NCBI RefSeq assembly: GCF_009914755.1
Contig: NC_060926.1
Origin: the human T2T-CHM13v2.0 reference genome, Homo sapiens
Strand: one strand, 5' to 3'
DNA length: 64,000 nucleotides
Made by a program: the position numbers and the translations under genes. Position 1 is the first letter of the stretch. Every line of letters starts with the position of its first letter. Positions 10,545-30,020 of the stretch are shown one piece after another. The notes under the pieces were generated by a model that worked only from the letters and a program-made list of their open reading frames with translations, ran no database searches and was not told where the DNA came from.

Positions 10545-13500
10545 CTTAAAGAAAACAGAAAAAAAAAAAATGTCATTTAAGATGCTTAAATGAAAGTTTT
10601 CCAAATGTGTTGGCATTAGAAAGTGGAATATGTATTAATAGTGGTAAGGATAACATATGTAATTATTATTGATGAATTCTTAAAATCCATAAATTAAATG
10701 TTTAAAGGGTACAAGGGTACGATTAAAAATATGAGTCATACAGAATACTAAAAATATCCATTTAAACTACAGAAATATATACTACCTCTTTAGGTAAAAA
10801 AAGCTATTTTACTACCAGGTATAATAACATCTCAAAAAATAAAAACAAGCCCATCAGAAGAGCACCAATTCAATTCTTTTCAAGTACTTATCAAGGCTAC
10901 AGTCATCTGCCAAATCCTTCTGTGATTATAAAAGACCATTAAACTCTTCCTCACCTATTTTAATCCTATCCTATTATAAAAACCATCATTTCTGGCACTT
11001 GCTCTATAAACCTGCCAAGTGAGACCTAAAAACTTAATCTTGGCTCCCGTAAGTTTTATCAACTGCACTTTTACACTTATCCTAATGATCAGATACAAGA
11101 CAGTCTGAAATACAACTCAAATTTCATTGGCATCTAGAATAGACAAAGAATTAAAGGAAGTAAGTTTTAATTTCTAGCAGCAGAAAAAGACACCACACCC
11201 ACCCACAATGTTTATGGCATATCCACAAGTCCCTTTTTCACTCTACAGATTGACAGATTTATGGAAAAGAAACAAAGTAGATTAATAAAGAATAACTATG
11301 ATGAGCTATAGAAACAGATGTTCATTCAAAACCTTTTTTAAAAATGTTATTGTGAAATTTTACTTATATATATTCAATATTATTTATATTCTAAATGATC
11401 CCAGATTTGGTATTTTAGAAGCATGAATCATGTTTGTCTGATTTGTTCTCAACAGGACCTTTTTAAAAAAATCACCATTATAATAAATGCTTTTTAATAT
11501 GATAATCTGGCACTTAACTGATGTAGGACAAACAAAATTCACAAAAGTTTTTAAAAATACTAAGTTTAAATAATCCCCAAATAAATGTTAGCCCAGCTGC
11601 ATAAAGCTAAATTTAGGGCACCCAAGCACCTCCCCCATAAGGCCCCCTTACCCTGTCAATTGCGAAATAAACAGATCATACAGATCTCCAGTCCCTCTGC
11701 AATGCAGGGGCTTCTTGGGCAGAATCTGCATCTATGGAGTAAGAGAAAAAAAGGAAGCTGGCAGAGGAAGCTGCCACAGGATCTCTTTCTCTAACTGTTA
11801 CCAGTTTGCTAAATAACTCCCTGACTGAATAGGGGCTCTTCAATTAGTTAAGACTGATTGTCAATTGAAAGAAAAGAATTAATTATTCTAACCTCATCTA
11901 CTACCTACATAAAAAAATACATTAAGATAATCAAAGTGTCTGTGAGTAATTATGATATGATTGGGAAACAGTTATACAGAGTATAAAGAACAAGGAGAAA
12001 CCAGAAGAAATGGGTTCAAGTGCCATCCCCACCACATACAAATGTTCAGAGCATAGGTAAGTTCCCGAATTGTAAATATATTTCCGTATCTGTAAAATGA
12101 TCATAATTACAATACTTACTTCATAAAATTGTTATGAAGTGAAGAACACTATAGGAAAGGTACTTCGTCACAAGAGTTGGCTCACTCTGAATAAACAACA
12201 CATGTCTACTCTCCACAAGAGCCATTAATCCCTTCAATTAACCTCAGTTTGAGCTTACAAATCTATCTGTAAGGAGGTATAAAATTCTATCCTCTGTAGA
12301 AACCTAGGACTTGAATCGAGGCTCATTTATCCACCCCTCTGTCATCTCTCTTTTAAAAAATTACTTGTTCTCTATCTCCACAGACAAATACTCATGAATT
12401 AGAGAAAAGAGCATTTAGCTTTGAAATGTAATACTACTAGGATTTAAAATCCAAGTTCTGAAGTTGAACTTCCAGTGAAGGAATACAAAATCTCACCCCC
12501 AAAAAGCAATTATAAAACTAGATAAAAGCGTCAAAAACAACCATCTTTGTGTTATGGAAATCAACTAAAGGCAAAAACAAACAAGCAAACAAACAAAAAC
12601 AATGAGAAGAGCATGTTCATGAAAAACTACAGAACTTCTTGGTAACAACAATGGAAACCTGGCATCTTACCAGGAGCTGCCTCCATCCCCTACCCTAGCT
12701 CCACTGAGGTATAAGTTCCATCAAGGAACAGCACCTTCATTGCAAAAAGGGGATGACTTTGACTTGGAGCAGAGAGTGGAAAACCCACACTCAGTAGGAA
12801 ACAGAAAAGCCTGCAGATTTCTTAGTCCGAGATTGCTGTTGTTGGGGTGAGCCAGAAACCTGAGGACTAACTAGAAATTTAATAGACAGATCCTAGAAAT
12901 GGCACAGCCATAGAGAGACTTGATAAATTTTCCACACATCCTGAAGAGAGACCTATGCCCTCCACACAACACTGGCTGACTAGGAGGCTGCACGCATGTA
13001 CAGGGGACTCCCATAAGGTCCTAAGCTCCACACAAAACGCAGGCTGAGAGACTGGCAGCGTATGCACAGGGGAAGCTGGAAACCTGAGAGACCTAGCTCT
13101 CCACACACGCCTGGCTAACAGAAAATTTGGGTACGTGCACAGGGTCTTAGGTCTAAGACAACATAATAAAAAGTAAAAGAAACAAACATGAAAACAGACT
13201 ATACTTAGTTGATTCTTTCTTTTAATGAGAAATGGGGTCTCACTATGCTGCCCAGGCTAGCTTCAAACTCTGAGCCCAAGTGATCCTCCCTTCACAGCCT
13301 CCATACAATCTCCCAGCAGAGGGTGAAAGTCTTTCTGGCTCAAGGTGTTTAGGTACAGCCTTCAACCAATAATTAGCTAAGCACTAAATTAAGGAATTGC
13401 AGGTGGGAACCCTACAAAGCCAAGCTTAAAATTAAAAATTAAGAAGTTTTAAAAGCTGGGGAGACACATAAGTGACCACACATAGTGGGAGAGACAGATT

Positions 13501-14247
13501 CTGCAGTTGAAGTTCATGAAAGTTCCTAATAAATAAATAAATACAACCTGCAAGGGAAAAAATGAGTAAAAACCGAATCCAAAGTTACTATAACATACTA
13601 CACAAAATGTCCAGTTCCAAAAGAAATTATAAGTCATGCAAAGAAACAGCAAACTATGACCCATATTCGGCGGGAAAAATAAGCAGCCAGCAGAAGTTGT
13701 ATCTGAGTAAGAGCAGATATTGGATTTAGCAGACAAAAACTTCAAAGGAGTTATTATATATTCGAAGAACTACAGGAAGCCATGCTCAAAGTTATGATGA
13801 TATAACTAAATAGGGAATATCAACAAAGAAATAAATGCAAACTATTAAAAAGAACCAAGTGGAAATTTTAGAGTTGAATAGTAACCGAAATAAAAAATTC
13901 AAATGAGTTCACCAGATGGTCTGAAGAGCAGATTTGATATTATATAGGAAACAGTCTGTGAAATTACAGATAAAGAAATTAACCAATCAGAACAGAGAAA
14001 AAGAACAGAGCATTGGAGACTTGTAAACAACATCAAGCATACCAGCATGTATATAATGGGAACTTCAGAAAGGGAACAGTAAAAATATTACAAGAAATAA
14101 CTGCTGAAAACATTCCAAATCTCATGAAAAAACATTAACCTACAGATCTAAGAAATTCAACAAATCCAAAGTATGATAAGCACAAAGAGATCCTCACCCA
14201 GATACTTCATAATCAAACAGCTGAAAACAAAACACAAGAAAAAAATC

Positions 14248-14551
14248 TTTTTTTTTTTTTTTTTTTTTTTTTTGAGACGGAGTCTCGCTGTCGCCCAGGC
14301 TGGAGTGCAGTGGCGAGATCTCAGCTCACTGTAGGCTCCGCCCCCCGGGGTTCACACCACTCTCCTGCCTCAGCCTCCCGAGTAGCTGGGACTACAGGCG
14401 CCCGCCACCTCGCCCAGCTAATTTTTTGTATTTTTAGTAGAGACGGGGTTTCACCGTGTTAGCCAGGATGGTCTCGATCTCCTGACCTCGTGATCCGCCC
14501 GCCTCAGCCTCCCAAAGTGCTGGGATTACAGGCGTGAGCCACCGTGCCTGG
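14248..14551 (-). mobile_element. Young AluY (Ye-lineage-like)
   Basis: CpG-rich, long pure poly(A), TSD caagaaaaaaatc. Variants GGGCGAGGTGGC, CCCCGGGGGGCGGAGCCT and GACAGCGAGAC. Confidence 0.9.
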
Positions 14552-14762
14552 CAAGAAAAAAATCGTGAAAGCAGCGAGAAGAAAATAACTTCTAACATAT
14601 AGGAGAGTTTTTAACAAATAGTACTAGGACAACTGCATATCCATACACCAAAATAAAAATAAAAATAATAATGAACTTGTCTCTTTGCTTCACACCATAT
14701 GCAAAACTTAATTAAAATTGGATCCTAGAACTATAAGAGCTAAAACTGTAACACTTCTAGAA

Positions 14763-14976
14763 CAGGGGTTAGCAAACATTTTTTGAAAGGGGCCATTAAG
14801 TATTTCAAGTTTTCTGGGCAGTACAGTATAGCAACTGCTCAACAGTTCAGGTAGAGAAAAAGCAGGCATAGACAATATGTAAATACAAAAGTATGGCTAT
14901 GTTTAAATAAAACTTTATTTACAAAAGTAGGCTGTGGGCCAGATGGGGTTCACAGGCTAAAATTTGCTGACTCTTG
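14763..14976 (+). mobile_element. MER58A-like DNA transposon
   Basis: caggggttagcaaac...tttgctgactcttg termini and an internal aataaaactttatttacaaaa motif. Confidence 0.8.
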
Positions 14977-15320
14977 TTCAAGAACGAAACAAAGGAAAAA
15001 ATTTCTATGACCTTGGAGGAGGCAAAGTTTTCTTAAATTTGATACCAGAAACAGAATCTATACAAGAAAAAAAGTTGATAACTGAATTTAACAAAATGAA
15101 AAACTTCTGCTCTTCATTAAGAAAATGAAAACTCAAGTCATACATTAGGAGAAGATATTTGTAAATCATATATCTAATAAGGAATTTGTCTCCATAAATA
15201 CTCTTATAACTCAATAAAACAACAAATTACCAAAATAAAAATTGGGCAAAAATGTATGAATAGATATTTCACAAAAGAAGATATACAAATGGATAATCAG
15301 CACATAAAAATTGCTCAACA

Positions 15321-17437
<2,117 letters not shown>

Positions 17438-19110
17438 GGAATAAGAGAGAACACAAACAAATGGAAAAACATCCCACGCTCATGGATAGGAAGAATTAAT
17501 ATAGTGAAAACAGCCCACCGCCCAAAGTAAGTTATAGATTCAATGCTATTCCCATCAAGCTACCATTGACTTTCTTCACAGAATTAGAAAAAACTACTTT
17601 AAATTTCATATGGAACCATAAAAGAGCCCATATAGCCAAGACAATCCTAAGTAAAAAGAACAAAGCTGGAAGCATCATGCTACCTGATTTCAAACTATAC
17701 TACAAGGCTACAGTAACCAAAACAGCATGGTACTGGTACCAAAACAGATATATAGACCAATGGAACAGAACAGAGGCCTCAGAAATAATGCCACACACCT
17801 ACAACCATCTGATCTTTGAAAAACCTGACAAAAACAAGCAATGGGGAAATGATTCCCTATTTAATAAATGGTGTTGGGAAAACTGGCTAGCTATATGCAG
17901 AAAACTGAAACTGGACCCCTTCCTTACACCTTATACAAAAATTAACTTAAATGGATTAAAAACTTAAACGTAAGACCTAAAACCATAAAAACTCTAGAAG
18001 AAAACCTAGGCTATACCATTCAGGACATATGCATGGGCAAAGTCTTCATGACTAAAACACCAAAAGCAATAGCAATAGAAGCCAAAATTGACAAATGAGA
18101 TCTAATTAAACTAAAGAGCTTCTTCACGGCAAAAGAAACTACCATCAGAGTGAACAGGCAACCTACAGAATGGGAGAAACTTTTGCAATCTATCCATCTG
18201 ACAAAGGGCTAGTATCTAGAATCTACGAAGAACTTAAACAAATTTACAAGAAAAAAACAACCCCATCAAAAAGTAGGCTAAAGATATGAACAGACGCTTC
18301 TCAAAAGAAGACATTTATGTAGCCAACAAATATATGAAAAAAAGCTCATCATCACTGGTCATTAGAGAAATGCAAATCAAAACCACAGTGTGATACCATC
18401 TCACACCAGTTAGAATGGCAATCATTAAAAAGTCAGCAAACAACAGATGCTAGAGAGGATGTGGAGAAACAGGAAAGCTTTTACACTGTTGATGGGAATG
18501 TAAATTAGTTCAACCATTGCGGAAGACAGTGTGGCGATTCCTCAAGGATCTAGAACTAGAAATACCATTTGACCCAGCAATCCCATTACTGGGTATATAC
18601 CCAAAGGATTATAAATCATTCTATTATAAAGACACATGCACACATATGTTTATTGTAGCACTGTTCACAGCAGCAAAGACTTGGAACCAACCCAAATGTC
18701 CATCAATGATAGACTGGATTAAGAAAATGAGGCACCTATATACCATGGAATACTATGCAGCCATAAAAAAGGATTAGTTCATGTCCTTTGCAGGGACATG
18801 GATGAAGCCGGAAACCATCATTGTCAGCAAACTAACACAGGAACAGAAAACCAAACACTGCATGTTCTCACTCATTAACTGGGGCTTTAACAGTGAGAAC
18901 ATATGGACACAGGGAGGGAAACATCACACACCGGGGCCTGTTGGGGAGTGGGGGACTAGGGGAGGGATAGCATTAGAAGAGATATCTAATGTAGATGATG
19001 GGCTGATGGGTGCAGCAAACCACCATGGCACGTGTATAACTATGTAACAAACCTGCACGTTCTGCACTGTATCCCAGAACTTAAAGTACAATAATTTAAA
19101 AAAAAAAAAA
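17438..19110 (+). mobile_element. L1PA 3' segment (ORF2 C-terminus, 3'UTR, poly-A)
   Basis: ORFs 17566..17967 and 18517..18777. Poly-A followed by the TSD ttgctcaaca. Confidence 0.95.
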
Positions 19111-19503
19111 GTTGCTCAACATCATTAGTCATTAAGGAGATGCAAATTAACAGCATAATGAGATTACACTAAATGTCTATCAGAATGGCTATAATCAAAA
19201 ATACTGACAATAACAGATATTGGCCAGGATGTAAAGAAACTGCAAGCCTCATGCACTATTCCTAAAATATAAAATGGTACAGTCACTTTGGAAAACACTT
19301 TGGTAGTTTCTGAAAGAATTAAAATATAGGCTTATCATATGACCCAACAGTTTCCTTTGACATAAAAATGTGTACAAGAATTTTTATACCATTATTCGTA
19401 ATAGCCAAAAACTGGAAATGTTCAATAGTTTATCAACCGGTAAATGGACAAAATGTGGTATATTCATATAATGGAATAATTATTTGGCAATAAAAAAGAA
19501 TGA

Positions 19504-19850
<347 letters not shown>

Positions 19851-19992
19851 TCAAAAACAGTATCCTAAGTGAAAAATAGACTACATTTTGTACAATTCCA
19901 TTTATATGAAATTTCCACAAAATGCAAATCTAGAAACAGAAAGCAAATCAGTGGTTGTCTGAGACTGAGAGTAAGAACAAGGATTGACCTCA

Positions 19993-20836
<844 letters not shown>

Positions 20837-21144
20837 TTACATGAGTGAATTTTAGTGTATAAATCATACCTCAATAAAGCTGTTGCAGAAGAAAAAAAAG
20901 AAAATCCATCCCTGCCACTCACAAGCTGCTACCTACAGCAGATTACTATCCTAAGCCTCAATTTTGCCATCTGAAAAAAACAGAAAAAACAGTTAATAAT
21001 ACCTCACCAGGTTCTTGCTAATTCTTTAGTAACACAGAGGAATCTTTTAGCCCTTCTTTTTTTGTCTTATAGCTTAAACCATGCTGCAGGAAATGTATCA
21101 ATCCAAGATAAAAGAGCTGAAATCCAAGAACCTCCCCCTCACAT

Positions 21145-21258
21145 TTTGTTTGTTTGTTTGTTTTGTTTTTTTTTGTTTAGACACAGGATCTTGCTCTGTC
21201 ACCCAGGCTGGAGTGCATTGGTGCCATCACAGCTCACTGCAGCCTCAAACTCCTGGAG
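21145..21258 (-). mobile_element. AluJ fragment
   Basis: Tail plus the start of the right arm. Confidence 0.8.
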
Positions 21259-22569
21259 CCCCTCACTTTAAAACAAAAACAGAAACACTGTATTACCAAT
21301 GCTCTTACTAAAACAGACTATGAAAATTCTAAATTCTAATTCTAACATAAAAAGATGAATTCTAATAAAAAAATACACGCGATAAGAAAACATTATAATT
21401 TAATTGAAAGTGGTTTATTAATTTGTGGTATATAAATAATTAAAATCTTAAAATTTTAAATTTGTTTAAATATTAACAAATTTATGAAATATACAAATTA
21501 AATATTTACATATTTATGAAATATACAAATACTTATTTGCTTAATCTTCCCCTGCCATTAATTTGAACATTTCTCCTCTGTATAACATTGACGAATATGC
21601 AAATTTTCCTTCCTATACAAATTCTTCCAGTTTCCTAATGAGTCTAGAAGCAGTCCCAGTATCTTAAGATGTGAGGAGAATTAAACCAACTGTAACAACA
21701 ACTACAGTTAGCCAGTCAGAAGGGACAGGATCCTTATCCCTAAGGTGCCAAGGTTGTTGTCATAGTAATACCACTGTGATTTATTCTCCTCTCCCCTTTC
21801 AGTTTGAAAATACTCACAGAAAAAAACAGGGGGGTGGGGGGGGACAAAAAGTTATGTGGGTAAATATAAAAAATCTTTACGCTGATAAAATATATTCTCA
21901 TCTTCTCAAATGTCTTTTGCTACCTCCTCTTTAGGCTTTTCGTGGTCATAGAAACTGAAACTATTCCATTACCACCAACAAAGAATGATTTGCTATTATT
22001 CTGGAGCTCACTCATGTTCTATACGTCTTAAAAATGCTCTTGCTGATAGGAGATATGGTAATACTCAAAGGGAATCAACATACAGAAAAAGAGGAAACTG
22101 AGAAACATAAAGTTACATTTGCTCTAAAAACCTCAGTAAATGCTCTAAAACCAAAAATAAAAAAATTTAACTGTAAGACATATGCAGAAATATACAAATA
22201 ACTGTAAATATAAAAGTCACAGAAAAAGAAAACATTTGAAAAATGCCACTGCTCTGTGACTGTCATTAAACTGGGCAGAGGAAGAGAATCTCTGGCTTCT
22301 TTTTATTCTACGTCCAGAGAGAAGCCATTCCATTCCTTAAAGACTACCTATATAAAAGCACATCTACTTTTCTCTATTTCTAACATTTGAAGACCTTCAT
22401 TGAGGCCACAATCAGAAAGGAAAGTAAAAATCTTAAGATCCAGTGAAACCTAAGCTATAATAAAGGTTAAGATGGCATTTCAGAGAGTCAAAAATACAGA
22501 ATGGCAATATGGTAGCCTGTAACTGGGAAAGAGGCATAGGAGCTTTACCTGAGAGTTAACATAGCTAGG

Positions 22570-22940
22570 CCTGATGCTACAATCTTTAGAAGGGCCTGTT
22601 TGTAAGACTGGTCCTTGGTTAGCATCTGTGAATTTGGTTTTTAGAATATTACTTATGTTGATAAGGCTGTTTTACCCACTTGGGACACTGAATTCTGCTA
22701 TACCAGCTTGCTGAGATTGTTTGTAAACAATGTGATTACATACAGTAAACACTTTCCTTCTGAGAGCCTGGAATTTTGGTAGCTGTGGCTAGCTACACAG
22801 GCAGAATGCCTACATGACCAGTCCCCAATAAAAATCCTGGATTTTAAATGTTAAAGCAGCCTTCTTTGGGCAGAAATACTATGTACTTTCTATGCAGCCC
22901 ACCTCCACATAAGGGAGAACAGTACACACCTGTAACTGGA
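22570..22940 (+). mobile_element. ERVL-type LTR fragment (MER21/MER68/MER77-like)
   Basis: ttccttctgagagcctggaattttggta...tgaccagtccccaataaaa. Confidence 0.6.
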
Positions 22941-22943
22941 TTC

Positions 22944-23130
22944 TAGAGCACGCAACCTAGATCCCTCACATGTGCAGTTCACAATAGGGTTCACACTCCT
23001 ATGACAACCTAATGCTGCCGCTGATCTCACAGGAGGCGGAACTCAGGTGGGTAATGCTCGCTGGCCCACCGTTCGCATCCTGTTGCACAGTCCAGTTCCT
23101 AACAGGCCACGGACCAGCTGAGGACCCCTG
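22944..23130. mobile_element. MER1B-like partial DNA transposon
   Basis: gcaacctagatccctcacatgtgcagttcacaatagggtt...gaggacccctg. Confidence 0.8.
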
Positions 23131-23306
23131 CTCTAGAGAATCGCCAAATGTGAGGGTGGTCATGAAAGTTTCAAACAGGTGTTAAAGGCAAAGTGATATA
23201 AAAGAATCATCACTGCAGTTTTAAAGAGTCCTATAAGGAAGAACTCTCATCTTTTTCTCTTGATCAAATTCACTTTCAGACCAAAGAGACATGCATATAG
23301 AATTTA

Positions 23307-23730
<424 letters not shown>

Positions 23731-24373
23731 CTAGCTGTCAATGACTGAACTAAAATTAACATTTAAGTCATTATAAATCTTTACTGTTTGATCAGTTAAA
23801 TGAATGCAATGAGATTCCCAAAATTAATTTTTAAATCTTTCCAAATTTCCATTTAAATAGGCATGATGATAAGAAAGTTTTTCTAAGAAAGGGCATACTT
23901 CAGGTACTAGAGAGCCATTCTAAACTCTATTTTTAAAACTCAACCATTTGAAGCTACTATGAAGCAACACAATCTTATAAACTGGCCAAGTTTGCTGTCA
24001 GAATCATAGAGAAATTCCTGCATGTTTTTAAAAACAAGTCAACATTTCCATACCCTACATTCTCTTAAACTTACACTCTTTTCTGGCTTTACCATTTCTG
24101 ATAATGGCAATATTATAAGGCCTTGAACTTCATATTCTCTTCAATTCATCTTAACTGTCTCACATAGGAACATTTCTATCTGCATAGAATTCTGTGTAGA
24201 ATCCTCATGATTCTAACCCTTAAACATCTCCCACATCTGTTCAGTTTGTTACCCCACCTGTCACTGCCTTGGTTCAAAGCCCCCATGATTTTTTTACTAC
24301 ACTATTTCTATTTATTTCTTCCAACTCCAATCCATCCTTCATATTGCCATCACACCATCAAGGAGAGCTATTC

Positions 24374-25032
<659 letters not shown>

Positions 25033-25922
25033 TAGGAGTGCTATTCTTCTTCAGTCCCAATCATCACTCCTTCCTTTGCTAAGAACTTTTATTAGCTCTG
25101 TACCAGTCACAGAATAAAATACAAGTATTTTACAACGGCATTCAATTCCCTCCATAATCTGGTTCCAATCTATTTTCCAGTTCTCTAATTCTGCCCCTCT
25201 TATACTGTATCTCTATAAGTCAGCTACTCAAATGCCTCCAGCCCCAGGGTGGTGTTACGTATGTGTGAAAAGGTAGACAAGGTGTAAGATAATAGGGAAT
25301 GGTAGGACCAATATCTAGCTATAAATATCTGTATAAAAAAAATTTTTTCTAACTATGCAACCCAGACAAAAAACATCTACAAACAGATCTCAGTTACTAG
25401 CCAAGCCTTTTACAACTCCTGCAAGTTAAGCCAAATAGTTTCCTGCTATTAAAAATAAGCTCTGGGCTTTCCTACTACTAAATACTTTGTGTGTACATAA
25501 CTCCCTTTCTCATTAAAACCTTATGCCTAATCCCATGAAAACTGCAGGCACCTTCAAAATCCATTCAAATGCCACCCCCTTAATGAAGCCCTTTCTGTGC
25601 TTCCCTAACTCAACTATTACCTCTTTCCTCCCAAATCCCTACTCTCTGCTCCTGTAACTCTTTAATTATACTTAGTACATTTTGAATTATATTATAATCA
25701 TTTATATTCATTTCTTATCTCTTCTACAAGGCTACAAGATGAGAAAACAAATAGGGTGTTTCCTTATTTTTGTATTCTCCATCCTTAAACATAGATTAGT
25801 ACAATTAGGTACATCTACTATATTTGAAAAATTCAATTTAACCAAAATTTTAAAAATCTTAAAATGTTGACAGTAAATGTTATCTTAAAAACAACCCAAT
25901 TTTTATAAAACATAACTAGTAA

Positions 25923-26194
25923 GTCCGGGCACAGTGGCTCACACCTGTAATCCCAGCACTTCAGGAGGCTGAGGCAGGCAGATCACTTGAGCCCAGGAGT
26001 TCAAGATCAGCCTGGGCAACATGGCGAAACCCCCTCTACAAAAAATACAAAAATTAGCCAGGTGTGGTGTTGTGCATCTGTGTTCCCAGCTATTTGGAAC
26101 GCTGAGGTAGGAAGATCACTTGAGCACGGGAGGTGGAGGTTGTGGTGAACCGAGATCACATCACTGTACTCCAGCAGGAGCAAGACCGTGTCTT

Positions 26195-26232
<38 letters not shown>

Positions 26233-26234
26233 AC
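25923..26234 (+). mobile_element. AluJ with (CA)n tail
   Basis: TSD aactagta. CA microsatellite at 26197-26234. Confidence 0.9.
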
Positions 26235-26739
26235 AACTAGTACAACTAGCAAAACAGAAAAGATGAAAAATTACCATTTGGAAGCCAAAATGAGTTTCAT
26301 TAACTTATTTATTTACTCCCACATATAAAATGCATTATTCTTAATCTGTGGTTAAGAGAGACATCAGAAAAGAGTCTCTTATTCTGTGTATTCTTCAGAA
26401 GGTGGTAAAGTTAAATGGTAAAAAAAATTCTTTTTACAACCACCACAAAATAGCAAATTTTAAATAGTGAAATTAGAGCTATAAACTGGTATAATTCCTT
26501 TACATGGTACTTGGGTCATTCAATAATTCATTTAGAGGAGTTTTCTTTAAAAAAATGAAAGAAGCTCAGATTTGTAAATGTCTACCTTTTTTTCCTAAAC
26601 ATTCTTGACCCTTGACCCTCTCTTCCTAACTCCAGTCCTACCCACACAGTGCTTAAAGTGACTGTCTACAGAATGCACTGAATCTTCCTTAAGAATGAAA
26701 ACAGGTAGTGATATAAACAGGTGCTAGTTAAGATTTCAG

Positions 26740-29700
26740 GAAACTTCAGACTTCCTCCCATATGGTGAGAGTAAAAAAAACAATGAAAGAGATTTCCAGT
26801 TTCTAACCTAACATGTAAAGATTTTAGAAGGTATTACTCTTATCCTGACAGGAAAAAAAAAACGTGAATTAAAAACCAATAACTCTTATCAGATCTATCT
26901 GAGAATTGAGGTGACAGAGCAAACCAATGCCCCAAAAACTGGAAGTATGGACAGAATCAGAGAATCCTAAACCACCCTTGGAGCTAGCAGGAATACTTAA
27001 AGGGTAATGAACTAATTGCTGGAGACTAAATGTGGACTACCCTGAGAGATACAAACTCCTGAGAGCCAAGGAATCAAGCTGTAGAAGGTTTTATGAAAGT
27101 TTTACTTCCAAGGGCCCCAACAAATACCCACTTCACTGAGTATTCTGTTCTCTTTACAAAAATGCCTAACTGCAAGAGAAACTATTTTACCAGAGCCTAA
27201 CAAAATTGGGCCTTACAAGAGTTTAACAGACTTGGAGTAAAAGTAATACCCAAATCCAGCCCCCTCCAGCCTTCTTGTCTGACCTAGAGTGGGAGAAAAT
27301 CTGAGAAGAACTTCTTAAGTCACAGACCAGTGGCACAGGCTCACCAAAAGAATTACAACTGATCACAGAATTATAGAATGTGTCTCCTCTCCTCATCTTA
27401 CCACTACATCAACAGGGCACCTGTGTAATAACAGGGGAAAGTAACTGAAAGAAATGCAGGACTTGGACCTCATCTAACAAGCCTCTTAACAAATTGGGTG
27501 TAGAAGGAACATACTTCAACATGATAAAGACCACATATGACAAACCCACAGCTAATATCACAATGAACAGGGAAAAACTGAAAGCCTTTCCACTAAGATC
27601 TGGAACAAGATAAGGATGCCCACTTTCACCACTTCAATTCAACATAGTACTGGAAGACCTAGCCAGAACAATTAGTCAAGAGAAGAAATAAAGGGCATCC
27701 AAATGTAAAGGAAAAAGTCAAATTATCCTTGTTTGCAGGTGACATGGTCTTATATTTAGAAAAACCTGAAGTCTCCACCAAAAACCCTAAGATCTGATAA
27801 ACAAAATCAGTAAAGCTGCAGGATACAAAATCAACACAGAAAAATCAGTAGCATTTCTATATACAAACAGCAATCAAACTGAAAAAGAAATCAAGAAAGC
27901 AATCCCATTTACAATAACTACCAAAAACAAAACAAAATACCTAGGAATAAATTTAACCAAAGAAGTGTAAGAGCTATACCAGGAAAATTTTGAAACACTG
28001 ATGAAAGGAATTGAAGAGGACATAAAAAACTGGATAGATATCCCATGTTCATGGATTGGAAGAATTAATATTGTTTAAATGTCCATACTACCCAACACAA
28101 TTTAAATATTTAATGAAACCCCTATCAAAATACCAATGACATTCTTCAAAGAAATTTTTTTAAATCCTAAAATTTATAAAAGGTATAACACATATAAAAT
28201 GGGAATAGCAGAAGGAGAGAAAGAAATACAGTAATTACTGAGAAGTTTCCAAAATTAATGACAGACACCAAACCACAAATCCAGGAAGCTCAGAGAACTC
28301 CAAGAAGGATAAATACCAAGAAATTGACACTTAGGTATATTATATTAAAACTGCAAAAAACCAAAGACAAACAAAAGATCTTGAAAGAAACCAGAGGACA
28401 AAAACACTTTATCAATAGACAAACATGGATAAAAATGATAAGAAACATAAAAATGATAAGAATTATGTAAGATTTCTCTTCAGAAACCGTGCAAGAAGTG
28501 ATAAAATAAAGTGCTGATAGCGAAAGAAAAAAACCCACTAATTTAGAATTCTATATCCAGGAAAAATTTCTTTCAAAATTAAAGAAGAAATAAAGCTTTT
28601 GTTAGTCTAACAAAAATTGAGGGAGTTTGTCAATTTAGACATTAGATCTGCCTTGCAAGAAATGTTAAAAGAAGTCCCTCAGAGAAGAGTAAGGATATAG
28701 GTCAGAAAACTATATCTACATAAAGCAAGCAAGCAAGTACATTAGAGAAAGAACAAATGAGGGTAAAATAAAATATTTTATTTCATTTTTTTCTTATTCT
28801 TAATTGATCTAACAAATAATTTGTTCAAATTAATAAAAGCAGCAATGTATTTGGTGATTATAGCTTATGGATAAGTGAAACAAATGACAGTAATGTCATA
28901 AGGGACAGGAGGGAGAAATTAGAAAGACCCTCACATGATGCTTCTACTACCCATGAAGCAGTATAGTGTTATTTGAAAGTTGTTAGCCGGGTGCAGTGGC
29001 TCCTGCCTGTAATCCTGTACTTTGGGAGGACAAGACAGGAGGATCACTTGAGCCCATGAGTTCAAGACCAGCCTGGGCAGGATAGTGAGACCCTGTCTCT
29101 ACAAAAAATTTAAAAATTAGCCAGGCATGGTGGTGCATGTCTGTAGTCCCAGCTACTCGAGAGGCTGAGGTGGGAGGATCCCTTCAGCCCAGGAGGTGGA
29201 AGTGGCAGTAAGCCAAGATTGTGCACCCCTGCACTCCAGCCTAAATAAGAGTAAGAGCCCGTCTCAAAAAAATAAAAAATAAAGAAAGTTGTAAATTAGT
29301 TGTAAATGTATGCTGCAAAAACTAAAAGACAGTAATAAAAACAATATAAACATATATATGTATAAATGATATGATGAGAGGAAAAAATTATAGTCATATA
29401 AAACACACAATTAAAACCAGAGAAGGCAGGAAAAAAGTGGAAGACAAAAAAAAAGGGGGAGAAGATTGGCAATGATTAGAAAAGGATAGTAAGTAAGGTA
29501 GATATTAATTAAATATAGCAACAATCCTTCAGGAGGTGGAATGGATAAGCAAACTATGGTACATCCACAAAATGAAACAAAAAATGAAATACTATTCAGT
29601 GATAAAGAGAAGTTACCAAGCTCTAAAAAGACATGGAGGAATCTTGAAGGTATGTTGTTAAATGAAAGCCAATTTGAAAGGCTATATACTGCATGATTCC

Positions 29701-30020
29701 CAACTGTAGGTCATTCAAGAAAAGGCAAATCTACTGAGACAGTAAACTGATCAGTGGTTACTAGGCACTCAGGGAGAGGGGAGAAGAAGGCGATGAATAG
29801 GTGAAGCACTGATTTTTAGGGCACTGAAACCATTCTGTATGGTATTATAACAACAGAGACATAATAGGCATTTGGTAAAAACCGTAAGACTATCCAACAC
29901 AAAGAGTGAATCCTAATTAAACTATAGACTTTAGTTAATATAATAATGTATCGATATTGGTTCATCAGTTGTAACAAATGTACCATACTAATTCAAGATG
30001 TTAAGAACAGGAAAAACCGC
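26740..30020 (+). mobile_element. Composite old L1M (5'/ORF1 and 3' end) with an L1 ORF2 fragment (~27480-28180) and an AluJ (28986-29283)
   Basis: ORF 28258..28470 is L1 ORF1-like (QIQEAQRTP). The RT segment encodes LFAGDM. Alu TSD gaaagttgt. Confidence 0.75.

Larger units (their letters stand above)
12455..15320 (+). mobile_element. Old L1M (5'UTR, ORF1 and 3' remnants); continues at 19111-20885
   Basis: Decayed ORF1- and ORF2-like A-rich sequence, interrupted by AluY, MER58 and L1PA insertions. Confidence 0.7.
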
